Part shown: positions 11,401 through 23,246 of the stretch, piece after piece | Numbering within the stretch: the stretch's first letter is position 1 | How the letters are laid out: each line of letters opens with the position of its first letter | Made by a program: the position numbers and the translations under genes | Source: Macrostomum lignano | Taxonomy: Eukaryota | Assembly: GCA_002269645.1 (NCBI GenBank) | Contig: NIVC01000712.1 | Location: 452,250 to 516,249, forward strand | Direction of reading: 5' to 3' | DNA: 64,000 nt | Notes under the pieces: generated by a model | Databases searched by the model: none | What the model was told of the DNA's origin: nothing | What the model saw: only the letters and a program-made list of their open reading frames with translations

Positions 11401-13401
11401 GAGCTCTGTGGATAAGAAGAATGAGGAGGAGTAGATTTTTTGTAAATGGACAGTGAAAAGTTGTCGGAAGGCTCAGCTCACTTAAAATTTGGTCTCTTTA
11501 ACGTTATTTTCTGAGCTATTATTGGCAAAATGGGTTGTTGATTATGCGACTAATTGGCTTTTCGGCCGGTATTTCAGTTATTTCTCGCATACCAACCTGT
11601 TAAATAATATTTTATATTCTACGAGTAATAATATACAGAATGTATGATCACAACATACTATTATTATTAGCTACGCCCATGAACATGAAGAAATGTCATC
11701 GATTTTGTGACAACATTCTAGCTGAAATCAATACGATAAAATAGTTGTGTACTTACTATCCTACTGATAGTAAAAAGACAAAAAACTTGTGTGAAAAACA
11801 AGTGCTGTTTAACCCACCGAACTGTTCTGCGGTTTAACCAGCTACAGTTGTTCAATGGTATAATTCAATTAACTTTCGTACAATAATGTACGACATTAAC
11901 AGCGCCAGCCTCGCAAGGACAAGTCCCCAAATAACAGCCCCACCAAGGGGCAGTCCCCAAAAAAGACAGCACCAAAAAGGACAGTGCCCCAAGCAGTATG
12001 ACACCCCAATCAGTATGATGACCCAATCATTATGATGACCCAATCAGTATGATGACCCAATAAGTATGATGACCCAATCATTATGATGACCCAATCAGTA
12101 TGATGACCCAATCATTATGATGACCCAATCAGTATGATAACCCAATCAGTATGATGACCCAATCAGTATGATGACCCAATCAGTATGATGACCCAATCAG
12201 TATGATGACCCAATCAGTATGATGACCCAATCAGTATGATGACCCAATCAGTATGATGACCCAATCAGTATGATGACCCAATCAGTATGATGACCCAATC
12301 AGCATGATGACCCAATCAGTATGATGACCCAATCAGTATGATGACCCAATCAGTATGATGACCCAATCAGTATGATGACCCAATCAGTATGATGACCCAA
12401 TCAGTATGATGACCCAATCAGCATGATGACCCAATCAGCATGATGACCCAATCAGTATGATGACCCAATCAGTATGATGACCCAATCAGCATGATGACCC
12501 AATCAGTATGATGACCCAATCAGTATGATGACCCAATCAGTATGATGACCCAATCATTATGATGACCCAATCAGTATGATGACCCAATCAGTATGATGAC
12601 CCAATCAGTATGATGACCCAATCAGTATGATGACCCAATCAGTATGATGACCCAATCAGCATGATGACCCAATCAGCATGATGACCCAATCAGTATGATG
12701 ACCCAATCAGTATGATGACCCAATCAGCATGATGACCCAATCAGTATGATGACCCAATCAGCATGATGACCCAATCAGTATGATGACCCAATCAGTATGA
12801 TGACCCAATCAGTATGATGACCCAATCAGTATGATGACCCAATCAGTATGATGACCAAATCAGTGACGCCCAAATCAGTATGATGACCCAATCAGTATGA
12901 TGACCCAATCGGTATGATGACCCAATCAGTTACGCCCCAATCAGTGACGCCCCAATCAGTGACGCCCCAATCAGTGACGCCCCAATCAGTATGATGACCC
13001 AATCAGTATGATGACCCAATCAGTATGATGACCCAATCAGTATGATGACCCAATCAGTATGATGACCCAATCAGTGACACCCCAATCAGTATGATGACCC
13101 AATCAGTGACACCCCAATCAGTATGATGACCCAATCAGTGACACCCCAATCAGTATGATGACCCAATCAGTGACACCCCAATCAGTATGATGACCAAATC
13201 AGTGACGCCCCAATCAGTATGACGCACCCAAAGTGTGGCATCCAAAAGCATCTAATCACACCAATCAAAACCTGAAATCCGCTAGAAATCCCCGCTGGTG
13301 CAAGAAATTAAGCTTCGCATCACTCACATTTGAAGTGCAGAAGACAGCAGCAGAAGAGTCGCCAGGCTTCTGTCTATCACAATCTGCAAATTCAGCCGCA
13401 T
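8483..13401 (-). CDS. Receptor gene copy B, intact, 487 aa (signal peptide / CUB-like / CTLD-like / TM); exons 13401-13328, 11405-11107, 10922-10515, 9263-9092, 8993-8483
   Basis: All four introns are GT-AG with matching phases (2,1,1,2); 74+299+408+172+511=1464 nt in one open frame. Signal peptide ends ALA|GNE. CUB-like motifs LNCKWKIL..VVLTGFDTE and SYLMVSFR..PGLQIRL; CTLD-like motifs FCCRNITNFESNCY, RLASFNS, LRIGL, SCGSL, TDCSEQ; TM LIMVQFVAAGLILLLFLSTLTLIFV followed by SRR. The stop position assumes no further 3' splice. Confidence 0.88.
11996..13226. repeat. 17-bp minisatellite (GATGACCCAATCAGTAT)n, about 70 units, intron 1 of copy B
   Basis: Directly visible; same site as 1134-1345. 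Confidence 0.98.
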
Positions 13402-14914
13402 GTCGCTCACTTCCGGCACCTAAAATTCGCGATGAGAGGTGGGTGCAGCATGGATTTTCTGTGTCTGCGCCAGCATTTACACGTAAGACGTGAAACTGCT
13501 GAACAATGATATTCGTAAATTGCATCAAACTTCTTGTACGCGTACTATACGAAATTTCTAATTTAGCAATCTGATTTCTGTTTTAGTACCCGGACGTAGT
13601 GACACATTTCTTGGCTTTTAGCTCGTGCTCGTAGTTTACTCAACCCTGCTGTCAAGGAATTTTAGATGCAAAATCGTGTAGATTTAGTTTTTATTTGATT
13701 TTATATGTAATGAAGCATCTGGCGAGCCAGACTCAGCCTTTGCTCTGACTTACCTGAGCATACGAGCGTAATTGCATGTATATTTGAGTGGCTCTAATGA
13801 CCTCAATAGCTATAATACTATACATGTGTTGCAGATTTAGTCATCTTTTCAGATTGAATTTAAAAATAATTTAGCAGTAGAAGTACAATACACACACAAC
13901 CCCAAAGGACTCGCGAACGAGAATGTCTGTTAATCGAACGATGGTAGAAAATTCTGTGGTAACACAAAATATTTTGTTAACGATTCTAACTATTTTGCTT
14001 CCTATCTTTCCTTAAACAAATATCATTTGACAAAAGAGGACACTTTAACATGGCCATCAAATTATGCTCAAATTTCTTAAAAACTATGGTAACTAAATGT
14101 GCACGAAACTCAACTCACTGTCCATGTGGACTCACTCACCAAGAGATGTTGGCCAACTCCAGCTTCCTGCAGACTTTATGCAAGAAAATTTAAGAAGGGA
14201 GCACCACGGAAAACGCATGATTTTACAGGCGAAGCCGCGGTAACTCTGTGGCAGATCCAAGTAAAATCCAAGTAAAAACCCACGGCTTTTCCGCGGCGAA
14301 TGTTTCTCTTAAAGCAGTTGGAATTTGCCCCTCCTTTCAAGTACAACTAAAAGGCAATTCCATGGCTCTCCCATGGAAATTCAGTCAGTAGAATTGTTTA
14401 AATAGGGTTGGAGTGTGGGTGTATGCGTGCGCACAGTTGCCGCCCTATTGTACGAGTACGTAGCATGCCAGGAAAGAGAGACAGAAGAGATCTGTATCGT
14501 TCATGCGCTTTCAGACCAAGCATGCACTGTTCTCTGTACGCCGCCTAACGCTGTACGTTCGTACAAAAAAGAAAACTTCAATTTTTCTGTGAACTTAAGA
14601 GTTCTTTATTTATTGTTCAAAGCTCAAGGCCCAAAGGCAAAGCAGTTAACTGCAGGGAATGATTACAAGCATGTGACATACGTAGGGTCTGGTGGATGTC
14701 ACTGTCGTCAAAAGTTAAGAGACTAAAATTTTCTTTAGGGTTTCACAAGGGTCTTCAGAATGTGTTTATGAATTCTTCTTTTAGTTCAGTTCAACAACTG
14801 CGAGCAGTGCGAGCTTACGAGCTAAAAGTACTGAGGTGCAGAAACAGCATGAGTATTAGTTTCTTCGCTCTCATTTTTTTTCTGGTGGAAAACTTTAGCT
14901 AGAACTTTAGGGTA

Positions 14915-15455
14915 TGTTTCACATTCCCCAGAGTTCACATTCCCCAGATTTCACATTCCCCAGAGTTCACATTCCCCAGAGTTCACATTCCCCAGAGTTC
15001 ACATTCCCCAGATTTCACATTCCCCAGAGTTCACATTCCCCAGAGTTCACATTCCCCAGAGTTCACATTCCCCAGATTTTACATTCCCCAGAGTTCACAT
15101 TCCCCAGAGTTTACATTCCCCAGAGTTCACATTCACCAGAATTCCCATTTCCCAGATTTTGCATAACCAGTTTTCACATTCCCCAGATTTCAAATTCCGC
15201 AGATTTCAAATTTCCCAGATCAAATTCCGCAGATTTCACATTCCCCAGATTTCACATTCCGCAGATTTCAAATTCCGCAGATTTCACATTCCCCAGATTT
15301 CACATTCCCCCAGTGTTCACATTCACCAGAATTCCCATTCCCCAGATTTTGCATCAACAGATTTCACATTTCCCAGATTTAACATTCCTTGCATTTCACA
15401 CTCACCATATTTCACATTCCCAAGATTTTACGTTCCCAAAATTTTACATTCCCCA
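14915..15455. repeat. 16-bp TTCACATTCCCCAGA minisatellite (copy B flank)
   Basis: Duplicate of 3035-3575. Confidence 0.95.
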
Positions 15456-17450
15456 TATTTCTCCGGCGTCGCAATAAACAACAATACAGCAGCACAGGGC
15501 GCGCCTCTGGGTCAGGTCGCAAAGGAGGGCCACGTCGACGACTGAATCCAGGGCGCAGGCGTCAGACAGCAGGCAGGAGACAAGGCGCGAACCCGCGATA
15601 CGCGGCCTGCCTGCCTGCTTGTGCCAGCTGGACGCCACCCTCACCCATGTACGTAGGAAAAACCCAGAGCTATTTTTAGCAACACATCTATAGAGAGCCA
15701 TCTGCATGTGCAAGTACAAGGGATTCTCTGGCCTGTGCGGAACGCTCCTTGATTTTTAAACGTTATTAACAGGTTTTTTCCCTATTATCTTCTGCTTCCA
15801 TGGCAGAAAGACTTCAAACACACCGGCCTCTAAGGCCCTATTATGAGTGCGAGGCTCACAGCTCAGAATTCGCAGTAATGAACACTTCAAGGCAGTGTAT
15901 CTTATAATCAACTAAAACTAATCAACTAATGAATAGTTTGAGCGGGGTAGGGTTAGCGCTCACGCAGTTTCTCTCTGTGCTGTTTTTATGGCAATTATCA
16001 ACCCCCGCCTCTCAACACATTTTGCTGCGAGTCTTCTGTGTCACGCGTTCGCAGGCTGCTGGCTTGGCCCTCAAATCTCAGATTCGTTATTGTCATTTGG
16101 GCATTGAGATCGGCTTTCATAAGCTGGTCTGTTTGAATAGGTTTGATCAAGATGAGTAGAGGTTGTTGTTTTTTCCACTTCGATGCAAGCGCTTTTCCGG
16201 TGCTTACAGACAGGTATTAAAAGAATGAAAGAAACTGCAAATGATAACACGAACAAGTTTTGTAACTTAGATACTTACTGAATGTTATCTTACTTTTTAT
16301 TTTCTTTCTTTCTAATCTCTTTCCACTTTCTTACTAATCTCTTCTTTGATTAAAAAGATCAGGAGCGTGGCCACGGAAGGGCCAAAGGGCGATCCGACCC
16401 TCCAAATAGGCTGGCAAAGCTAATGGCTGAGTACCTACTGACTTGGCGCCTCTTCAGCAGGTTTGGCGCTTCTTTTCCCAATTCTAGCAGTTCCCCCGAC
16501 CACCACTTTGGCTACTTTGGCCCCAACAACAGCCCTTGGTGCTGGCGCCCCTTGGTGCTGACGCCCATTGGCCCAAAAGTACCGGGGTGATAACGGAATG
16601 CTTGAGATACCAGCTGAGGATGTCCAGCAGCTTGCCTACTGGATCTCGCTTGATCATCGAAACTAGATAAATTTGCAACAGCGTGTCTATAGTCACCTGG
16701 TGCCACCTGTGGAAGGTCCAGAAGCTCCGCCTGGGTGAAGCCTAGTGACCAACGAATGCAGAGCTGATGCAGACACATGTGGTCGACGTGCTGATGAAAT
16801 TTGGAGACTTGGCAAGGCTGCACTGAGGCGAAGTGCTGATTGGCGCTCAGGGGTGTACTGAATACACTGGCGCTTATGGAAAAAATCAGACCTTCTGGCA
16901 GAATCGTCGAATATCTCGACAGTCTGGAGGGCTTGTGTTAGCCCGTGTTGTTGAATTTCGTATGTCTGCGTTGCTCCAGTACGGCGCAGCAAAAAAATGT
17001 CAGGAGGATACCCCCCTCTGGGTAGTTATACTGTTAATTAAGTTCTCGGATTTTTTATCGTTACTTAATTATATTTTCTTCCTCGTTATTGTTTTATTTC
17101 CTCTTACAAATGTTTGATCCAGGGATTACATTTTCGATTGCCTTCTTTCTAGATTACGAGTAGTCTTGAAAGCAGCTCTCTGACTACCTTGATCATCGAT
17201 CACTTAATCAGAGTGCATAATTCTTGAATAACTGGATTCTTCAAGTGACATCTTAATCAATTTTGCCTGTTACTGGTAAAATTTAATTTGTAATTCCAAT
17301 ATACGCTTGCAAATTGATACACTTTTATTACAAAAGTTAATAAATGGTTAGGATACAATAATAGGTTAGTACGTAAATGTGGCTTCGTTCTGAAATTCTC
17401 AATGCGTTCGATTATCGGGCCACTACTTCGTATTAACTTAGTTACGAGCG

Positions 17451-17620
17451 CAGGGGCGTCGCCACCGGGGGGGGGCATGGGGGACATGTACCCCAGTAAA
17501 AGCTATGGGGGAGACATATAGCACCTGCGGCACCAAAATGAGTGCTAACAACACTAATTCACAATAATGTACATGTAGAAATTTAGTCATGTACTCGTAA
17601 AATCTATGGCGGCGCCCCTG
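17451..17620. mobile_element. 170-bp hAT-like MITE (duplicate of 5569-5736)
   Basis: TIR CAGGGGCGTCGCCA / TGGCGGCGCCCCTG (13/14 match); TSD TACGAGCG at 17443-17450 and 17621-17628. Confidence 0.87.
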
Positions 17621-18281
17621 TACGAGCGTACATATTAAACAGTGTACGATTATTCCACACTTACTTCACTCTACTGCAAATATAAGGAGGCGTGGATGGA
17701 CAATAAACGTGACATGACAGGTCCGGTGATGAAATTTGTACATGGGCTAAGTGTACATTGGGGAGCTACTGAGGAACAATGGGCATATTTTGCAAATGTA
17801 TCTGGGTAGAAGTATTCTGGACAGAAGCTCGTGCAGCCTCCATGACTTCTGCCATTGCTCGGATTAAGAAAGAAGTAAATCCATATACTAAAAATGAATT
17901 AATTATAAAAAATATAAATATTTCCGATATTTGCAGAGATTTACAGCATTTAAACAGCAGAACAGTAACAGCATAATTATACAGTCATCACTCGCATGTA
18001 ACAGCATATTTCTCATTCAATCCTCTTATAGTTTCAATGAAGAGCTTTGAGGCTGTGAACTATTATTCTTACGATTAGTAAAGCTTAGTTAACACCAACA
18101 ACTAAAACACAAAATCTTCAAACCTGACATCTACTCGATGAAGCCGATGAGGAAGTGAAGCTGGATTTCGAGTAATCAGACTCCATAATTATGGATAGTT
18201 TGGTCTCTTTTGCAAGCGCGGTTATTGGCTGATCAAATACGAGCTAGAGTTGACTGGCGAACCAAAATCAGACTCATTCTT

Positions 18282-18480
18282 TTAGGACTGCGACTTGCTT
18301 GTTCTTAGCTCGTATTCTGCAGTTGGCTGGGCAGCCACAAGCATCCAGCTGAGCACAGGTTGGCTCGAGTTTTCTCTCTTAATTATCATCTCTTGTTGGC
18401 TCTTATCATCAATGATAAGATTGACAGTTCTGAGTGAGTCACAGAAGACTGAGGAGTTTGTACTCAAAGCGGTATGGTTT
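18282..18480 (-). pseudogene. Orphan exon 5 variant lacking the TM segment (66 codons to stop)
   Basis: CATAG|A AAC CAT.. gives NHTALSTNSSVFCDSLRTVNL..SSQPVLSWMLVAAQPTAEYELRTSKSQS*; no exons 1-4 adjacent. Confidence 0.75.
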
Positions 18481-18501
18481 CTATGGTACGTTTGGTACTT
18501 T

Positions 18502-19099
18502 TGGCAGTCAAATTGTGGCAGTCAAATTGTGGCAGTCAAATTGTGGCAGTCAAATTGTGGCAGTCAAATTGTGGCAGTCAAATTGTGGCAGTCAAATTGT
18601 GGCAGTCAAATTGTGGCAGTCAAATTGTGGCAGTCAAATTGTGGCAGTCAAATTGTGGCAGTCAAATTGTGGCAGTCAAATTGTGGCAGTCAAATTGTGG
18701 CAGTCAAATTGTGGCAGTCAAATTGTGGCAGTCAAATTGTGGCAGTCAAATTGTGGCAGTCAAATTGTGGCAGTCAAATTGTGGCAGTCAAATTGTGGCA
18801 GTCAAATTGTGGCAGTCAAATTGTGGCAGTCAAATTGTGGCAGTCAAATTGTGGCAGTCAAATTGTGGCAGTCAAATTGTGGCAGTCAAATTGTGGCAGT
18901 CAAATTGTGGCAGTCAAATTGTGGCAGTCAAATTGTGGCAGTCAAATTGTGGCAGTCAAATTGTGGCAGTCAAATTGTGGCAGTCAAATTGTGGCAGTCA
19001 AATTGTGGCAGTCAAATTGTGGCAGTCAAATTGTGGCAGTCAAATTGTGGCAGTCAAATTGTGGCAGTCAAATTGTGGCAGTCAAATTGTGGCAGTCAA
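18502..19099. repeat. 14-bp minisatellite (TGTGGCAGTCAAAT)n, about 42 essentially identical units
   Basis: Directly visible; generates the VKLWQSNCGSQIVA repeat ORFs. Confidence 0.99.
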
Positions 19100-19904
19100 C
19101 TGCCACAGACTCAACTAAATGTGCACGAAACTTAACTCATTGTCTCTGTGTACTAACCAAGAGAAGTTTCTCTGCTTCTTGCAATATTTGCAAATTTTGA
19201 TGGGGGGTAGCAACCGTGGCAAACGCATGATTTTATTTACAGGTGAAGCTGCGGTAACTCTGTGGCAAGTCCAAGTGAAACCCACGGCTTTTCCGCGGAT
19301 TTTTCTTCTGTGAATAAGTCTCCAAGTACTTTTAAAAGGTCATTCCATGGCTTTTCCATGGAAATTTAGCCGATACAATACAGGAATGCGGATCTATGCC
19401 GCCGAGTACTATGCGAGGAAAGAGAAGCAGAAGGACGCACGCTTCTTGTACCAAAGCAGTTTCCAAAGCAGCATGCACTGTTCGCTGTACGCCTCCCCCC
19501 CCCCCAAAGTCAAGTGCTGTACAAAAAAGGAACTTCAGTTTTGTTCCAAGTTACTTTAGATTTTTTTGTTGTTATTTTGAAAGGTTGCGAAATAAATGAA
19601 TACGCAATATATGGTACAGTTCCCACAAAAAGTTCGTAGTTAATAGACTCATCTCACGGCTCAAAGCACTCAACTGCAAGGAATAAGATTATAAGCATGT
19701 GAAATTACGTCTGAGTCCGGCGGATGTCCCTCTCGTCTAAACTAAGGAATTAAAAGTTTATTTTTGTAATCTTTCTTTTAGTTTAGTTTCACAACTGCGA
19801 GCTCAAGGTACTGTACGTGTGGTGCACAAACAGCATTAATTTCGCTGCTCTCATTTTGTACCTTAGGCGGACACCTTAAGCTAGAATTTTCGGGCACTGG
19901 GTAT

Positions 19905-20010
19905 GTTTCAAATTACCCCATATTTCATATTTTCCAGATTTCACATCCCTGAATTTTACATTTCTTACATTTTACATTCCCCAAATATTACGTTCCCAAA
20001 TTCTACATTT
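19905..20010. repeat. Short degenerate 16-bp minisatellite block
   Basis: TTTCACAT/TTTTACATT/CCCAGAT motifs in the homologous position. Confidence 0.65.
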
Positions 20011-20999
20011 CTTTGATTTCCCTGGCTTCGTAAAGAAGCATCAATAAGATTACGCTGTCAGATTACTTAGACGGAAGCGGCACAGGGCGCGCCTCTGGAC
20101 CAGGTCGTGAAGGATTGTCACGTCGCCGACCGAATCCGGTACATTGGCGTGAGCCAGCAGGCTGCAAACAAGGCGCGAAGCCGCGATACGCGGCCTGCCT
20201 GCTTGTGCCAGCTGGACGCCGCCCTCACCCCATGTACGCAGGGGCGAACCCCAGAGCTATTTTTAGCAACACATCTGTAGAGTACAACTTGGGGATTCTC
20301 TGGTCTTTTCTGAAGGCTCCTTGATTTTTAAAACGTTATTAACAAGTTTTTTTCCTGTTATCTTATTATTGCATCGCTGAAGGACTTCAGCGATGTAATA
20401 ATAACACACTGGCCTCCAAAAGCCCTATTGAGCGCGAGGCTCACAGCTCAGAATTCGCAGTACCGAATATTATTCAAAGCAGTGTATCTTATAGTCAACA
20501 AGAACGCATAGGCACAATGCAGAAAATGAATATTTTGAGTTGGGTAGAGTTAGCGCTCCTGCAGTTTCTCTCTGTGCTGTTGTTAAGGCAACCATCAACC
20601 CCCGCATTTTGCTGGGAGTCTGTGTCACGCGTTCGTAGGCTGCTAGCTTGGCCCTCAAATCTCAGCTTCGTTATTGTCCTTTGGGAATTGAGGTCGGCTT
20701 TCTTAAGCTGGTCTGTTTGGATAGCTTCATGGTCAAGACGAGTAGAGGTCGTTGTTTTTCCACTTCGATGCAAGCTCTTTTCACCACCAAGCTCTTTTTC
20801 GGTGCTTACAGTTATTAAAAGAATAAAAGAAACTGCAGATGACAAAATAAACATATTTTGTAACTTATATACTAATTTTATCTTACCTTCTATTTTCCTT
20901 CTATCTAATTTCTTTCCACTTTCTTATCAATCTCTTCTTTGATTAAAAAAGATCAGAAGCGTGGCCAGGGAAGGGCCCTCCAAATAGGCTGGCAAAACT

Positions 21000-21756
21000 A
21001 AAGCCCCTTGGTGCTGGCGCCCCTTGGTGCTGGCGCCCCTTGGTGCTGGCGCCCCTTGGTGCTGGCGCCACTTGGTGCTAAAGCCCCTTGGTGCTAAAGC
21101 CCCTTGGTGCTAAAGCCCCTTGGTGCTAAAGCCCCTTGGTGCTAAAGCCCCTTGGTGCTAAAGCCCCTTGGTGCTAAAGCCCCTTGGTGCTAAAGCCCCT
21201 TGGTGCTAAAGCCCCTTGGTGCTAAAGCCCCTTGGTGCTAAAGCCCCTTGGTGCTAAAGCCCCTTGGTGCTAAAGCCCCTTGGTGCTAAAGCCCCTTGGT
21301 GCTAAAGCCCCTTGGTGCTAAAGCCCCTTGGTGCTAAAGCCCCTTGGTGCTAAAGCCCCTTGGTGCTAAAGCTCCTTGGTGCTAAAGCCCCTTGGTGCTA
21401 AAGCCCCTTGGTGCTAAAGCCCCTTGGTGCTAAAGCCCCTTGGTGCTAAAGCCCCTTGGTGCTAAAGCCCCTTGGTGCTAAAGCCCCTTGGTGCTAAAGC
21501 CCCTTGGTGCTAAAGCCCCTTGGTGCTAAAGCCCCTTGGTGCTGGCGCCCCTTGGTGCTGGCGCCCCTTGGTGCTAAAGCCCCTTGGTGCTAAAGCCCCT
21601 TGGTGCTAAAGCCCCTTGGTGCTAAAGCCCCTTGGTGCTAAAGCCCCTTGGTGCTAAAGCCCCTTGGTGCTAAAGCCCCTTGGTGCTAAAGCCCCTTGGT
21701 GCTAAAGCCCCTTGGTGCTAAAGCCCCTTGGTGCTAAAGCCCCTTGGTCCTGGCGC
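21000..21756. repeat. 16-bp minisatellite (GCCCCTTGGTGCTAAA)n, about 47 units, with GCCCCTTGGTGCTGGC variants
   Basis: Directly visible. Confidence 0.99.
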
Positions 21757-23246
21757 CTCTCATTGCAGTCGTCCCTGAAAGGCACAGCCCCAATAAAAAG
21801 CCTAAAAGCTGAAAACCCTGATATGATGAACTCCAAACCAGGTCCGGGAATTTTAGAACTTGACGATAAAACATTTCCGTCGAATTCTGACTCCCACCCA
21901 CTGGGTAGAGATGCAGCTTCAAGACACTTTGTACAAAGAAATGAAGCCCGAACACTAACTACATCTAGATTTAATACTCTGTTGTCTAAAGAATAAAAAA
22001 GGTTAAATTCGCATCATTCTAATAATCCCGTACAGAAATCCGACACACGTGACGCTGCAGGTAAACGCAGTTACTTTTACAATGCAGGGACGTTCAGCCA
22101 ACGTCGTTATTCGTCGGTGCAATGCGCCCATTTGTCGGATTCTATGGGCACTCGGTTATGATCTTTTCATAATGAAATGCATTCAATACATTCAATTATT
22201 CTTCCCTGTTATTCTACTTACCTTTATTCTTATTCAACTCAGGGATGACTTACAGGCAGTTTTTCGATGCCTACTCATCAAGAATATTCTTGAAAGCAGC
22301 TCTCTGCCTACCGTAATCACCGATAATTGAGATATTAGATTGCACAATTCTTGAATTACTGCGTTTCTGCTGGATTGTTCAAATGACAGGTAAATCAGTT
22401 TTTTATTATACGCTCGTAAATTCACACTAATTCAGGTACACTTGCATTAAAATCATAAATTTTGCAAAATGTTAAGTATACAACTGCTACGAGTAGATTA
22501 GTGCGAAACACTCAGTCTCAATGCACTCGTTTATCAGCCACTACTTATTTAATTAACTCAGCTAAAATGCATTCTAAACAGTCTACCATCATTTCACACT
22601 TCGCTAACGGTAGTGAATAGATAAAGAGGGGTACAAGACAAAACATTGGTAAATGTGCTTTAGGGAGCAACTTTGGGAAGCAATGAACACCAAATAATGA
22701 AATGTACAGAAATTTTACACAAAATAAACATTACAATGCCCGATGCGAGCGTACGAGCGTATTTGCAGTGCGTTCCATATTTATACAGCAAAGTTATTAT
22801 TCTGCAACAAAAGCGGCATATTTACAAAGCAATTAACTGTTATATATAGCAGCATGTTTCTCACTCAGTGGGCTGTGTTGAAGCTCTTCATTGAACTTCT
22901 GAAGACTTTCTTTTTGCTGCTCAGGAGGCAATTGAAAGATTTTACTTTTTAGTTCACAAGTTAACAGCAGCAGCAACATCCCCAAAATACGGTTTTGTTG
23001 GATCTTCCGATGAGAAAGTGAAACTTGATTTCGGCTGATCAGACTCAGCTGTCATGGATAATTCTGTATCTGTTGCTAGCTCTGTTATTGGCTGATCAAG
23101 CCAACAAGATTAGCAGGGCAAAATGCGAGCTAAAAGGCTTTCAAGCTGTTTTTATGTGTGTGTGTTCTACCCTTGGTCAGGTTGCCAGGGAAAGGTGCTG
23201 ATTATTGCGTCAATCTGTTTGCATGACGCCTAAGACGCTGCCTCCG

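Larger units (their letters stand above)
10866..17830. repeat. Near-identical segmental duplicate of 1-~5900
   Basis: Offset is 10865 before the VNTR and 11880 after it; ORF-track translations are identical (157/11022, 2535/14415, 4048/15929). Confidence 0.95.

Noticed and set aside
13265-13528. 87-aa minus-strand ORF as exon 1
   Set aside because: Wrong frame: only the MRLNLQ.. frame gives a signal peptide and the phase matching exon 2.
14914-15545. FTFP/HIPQ-repeat ORFs (also 3034-3664, 29183-29708, 34924-35468)
   Set aside because: Translations of the 16-bp minisatellite; frames are not conserved between copies.
1-17830. A/B duplication as a pure assembly artefact (uncollapsed haplotypes)
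   Set aside because: Not favoured, because the copies differ in exon 1, in VNTR length and in how the adjoining exon-5 remnant is truncated; it cannot be excluded without reads.
18295-19200. Three overlapping 214-301 aa ORFs
   Set aside because: They are translations of the stop-free 14-bp minisatellite; their 5' parts are antisense to an exon-5 remnant.
22745-22760. GAGCGTACGAGCGT as an excision footprint of the hAT MITE
   Set aside because: Not at the position homologous to the MITE insertion site.
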